Source: Spongospora subterranea f. sp. subterranea
Taxonomy: Eukaryota
Assembly (NCBI GenBank): GCA_049724395.1
Contig: JAUGWO010000016.1
Span: forward strand, 1 to 64,000
Direction of reading: 5' to 3'
DNA length: 64,000 bases
Shown piece after piece: positions 61,456-64,000 of the stretch. A model generated the notes under the pieces. The model saw only the letters and a list, made by a program, of their open reading frames with translations. It did no database searches and was not told the DNA's origin. How positions within the stretch are numbered: the stretch's first letter is position 1; every line of letters begins with the position of its first letter. Made by a program: the position numbers and the translations under genes.

Positions 61456-63458
61456 ATGTCCTCGGGAGCAAGCCCGCTTGACACTTTGACTAAGGAGGTG
61501 AGGGGCCGAGGGGAGTGCGGAATGACGATTGACGGATGTCGTGGTCAGGAACGCAACCGATTGCTGGATGCCATGCGCAATCCAGAATTCGCAACTCTGT
61601 TGGCTGAGTACGCCAAGGACATTTCTGATCCTAAAACCCGGAAAGAGAACGATATGTATCTGCAGCAACTTGAGCAGCAGCATTCGTTGCCTGAAGGTAT
61701 TAAGCTTTTAAAACCGGCTCCATTATTCTGCATCAAAGCGCTGCATCCTGAATACGGAAAGCTGTTCGTGAACGTATGTGTATCAGAGTTGGTTCTTTGC
61801 TGCTCCATGCTGGGATAGTTTACATGATAACTATTCCTATAGGCTCGTTGCCAGCCCGTCGCCAAAGAAGTGTCAAGGGGGTGTCAATTGGAATATTCCC
61901 TATTCGTGCTCCACGCAAAGACCTGTCAAAACTACAAGCAGCGGCAAGGAAGCTTTGGCCGTTGATGTCACTTTTCATTCAAGTATCGCAAAATCGTAAA
62001 AAGAGAATATCTTCCGTGAAATGGTTCAGGATTTGACGGAATTCTGTGTAGGATTCAAAACATCAGGTTCAAATCGTTGACTGAGTTGACTGCTTTAGAG
62101 GGTGCTGAAAAGGTTGTTCAGCGCACTTACAACAGACGTGAGTCTGCTGTTCTATTATACACATACTGGCTTTCAGTAAAATACGCTGTTTAGCCTATAG
62201 AGTGTTGATCAAATGCAAGTGCAAAGATGGTCCACCGGCAATAATGAGGCTTGCTGGGGATGATAATGCGAATCCCGTATTGAGTCCTCCCGGCTTTAAA
62301 CAGAATCCAAAACCAGATGACTGCAAAGCTGCTACATTTGGTCCAACAACAGCCAATACCAAACTGCAGGAAACAGATGATAAAGGAAACAAAACCGAGT
62401 GCGACGACAATGCTGATCATTATGACGCTATAGGCACTTCGAAACTAGAGGTTCCTAGCTTCAAAATTGTGGAACGAGGTAGGAGGAACTCTGGCTGACC
62501 TCAACGCTTCTGAAGATTGATTCTCTTAGGGCAGTTCCAACTATCCGATTGCACTCTTAACTCCCCGTTAGTGGGGTCAACTCGCCCGAAGTTCATTGTC
62601 GTCAAAATTGATCTACCAGCTGTTGTAGGTTAACTTGATAGAACTTATTCTGCGCCTATTGATATTTTCCACAAGACACATCTTGCCGACAGGTCCGGTG
62701 TCGAACTCGACGTAGCAGCTGACCATATTTCTTTCGAAATCAAAAACTTATATGCGCCTCTTCGTATACAGCTGCCATACACTGTTGATCAGGATAGCGG
62801 TAAAGCGCGGTTTAGCAGTACTGACCATGTGTTATCTGTCACCTTGCCGGTAGTTCAAACCCAACCTGTATTAGCCTATCCTAAGGTCATCCGATTGCTA
62901 AAAGAATTTTCTGCGATTGACATTTATTGGTTAAGGATCCTACGGCTGATGTTCACGAAGCAGTCAAGATAGAAACAAGTCCTGATCCGAAACCATCATC
63001 AGTCAACGTCAGATAATGCCATTGCCACTATGATTTCTTCCTTTTTTTTACACTAATCATAGGGAAGGCATCTAAGCAATTTCGAAAGCCAAGGGCACGA
63101 CGATCAGGTTATCAATGCAGTATCTGCCGATACTGAGGCTGAAAATTCATCTGAAATCGCTAAAACCGATTCGACGTCAACGATCGAAAACGATAAAACA
63201 GTTCTTTCTTCTCCGTTCGTTGAGAATTTGTCAAAGACTAGCAACTATACAGGCGATGACAATGCAGCAGGAACCGACAGCGGGGCAGACATTGACACTG
63301 AGCGCAGCTCACATCAGGTGACCTCGGCTTCCAATGCAACCGAACCCAATGAATCGCAGGAAACCGTCATAGATTGTGCTCTTGGGAATCTTGATACAAC
63401 GGTACGAGGAATCATGCTGCCGATTCCTGGATTGCAAACTAACATCATTCCTTGGTAG
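61456..63458 (+). CDS. DNAAF2: Kintoun/PF13 dynein assembly factor (PIH1 + CS domains), multi-exon
   Basis: DAMRNPEFATLLAEYAKDISDPKTRKENDMYLQQLE, KLFVNVC, NWNIPYS, RPKFIVVKIDLP and LPYTVDQDSGKARF..VLSVTLPV. Confidence 0.9.
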
Positions 63459-64000
63459 GATATTCAATCAACAGTGCGAAGGAATGGACTACGCAACGGA
63501 GTCATGTTCAACATAGATTGAAAGTAAAACGAGAGGAACGATAAACAAAAAACCTGTTTACATGATTACCAATATTTGAATATAGCATTTTTACGGCGTC
63601 TTGAAATTAAACATCGCCGAACTGCAAAGTCCGGTTTCTGATTGCGGATCCTGCGCCATTTCCGTATTGACACTACTCTGAACTTTAGACTACCGTAATC
63701 ACCCGAGGCTGGGCGCTGTATGCAAGTTTGCCTTCCGAAACGGTCCAGTGTTAAGATGGAAGTAAAACTCTCATAGAGCGCCTCAGCAAAATACAACGCA
63801 TAGGGGTGTATTATCAACACTTCCTTATGTAGCAAAAAAGTGGGCTTTGTATTCGAATACAACGCGTATGTGAAAGTCACTTAAAAAAATAGTAACAAAG
63901 TACGTGTAGCACCTGAAGGCCCAAACGTAGCACCTAAAGGTTCAAACGAGCACGAGAAATGCAGACAGGGCAAGGCTGCTTATCAAGAGAAACAATTGAA

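Overview
Gene-dense eukaryotic DNA with mostly 50-75 nt GT-AG introns. Flagellar-assembly genes (DNAAF2/Kintoun, katanin p80) alongside a chitin synthase suggest a zoosporic, chitin-walled organism such as a plasmodiophorid; this is inference, not a database match. The window opens in a >=3.4 kb array of a 35-bp satellite. It continues through ABCG, LRRC61-like, homeobox, ZSWIM7, HGSNAT, RPL22, HAT1, chitin synthase, a giant Sel1-repeat gene, a kinase-less double receiver (REC) gene, katanin p80, RPE (with a 5-nt microexon), TPR-SAM and DNAAF2. Interspersed are MITEs, foldback hairpins and pseudogenes (SRP14-like, HSP70-like). A transposon nest at about 49.7-57.8 kb holds a decayed PIF/Harbinger, a chromovirus fragment and four copies of an apparently unnamed element. 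That element has a shared GACCGCAWTTTGA terminus (preceded by TA in three copies), a decayed DDE-type transposase, and a spliced 224-aa cargo gene that by eye resembles a Ulp1/SENP fold lacking the catalytic residues. It is the best candidate for an undescribed system. All family assignments come from motif recognition by eye; no searches were run.
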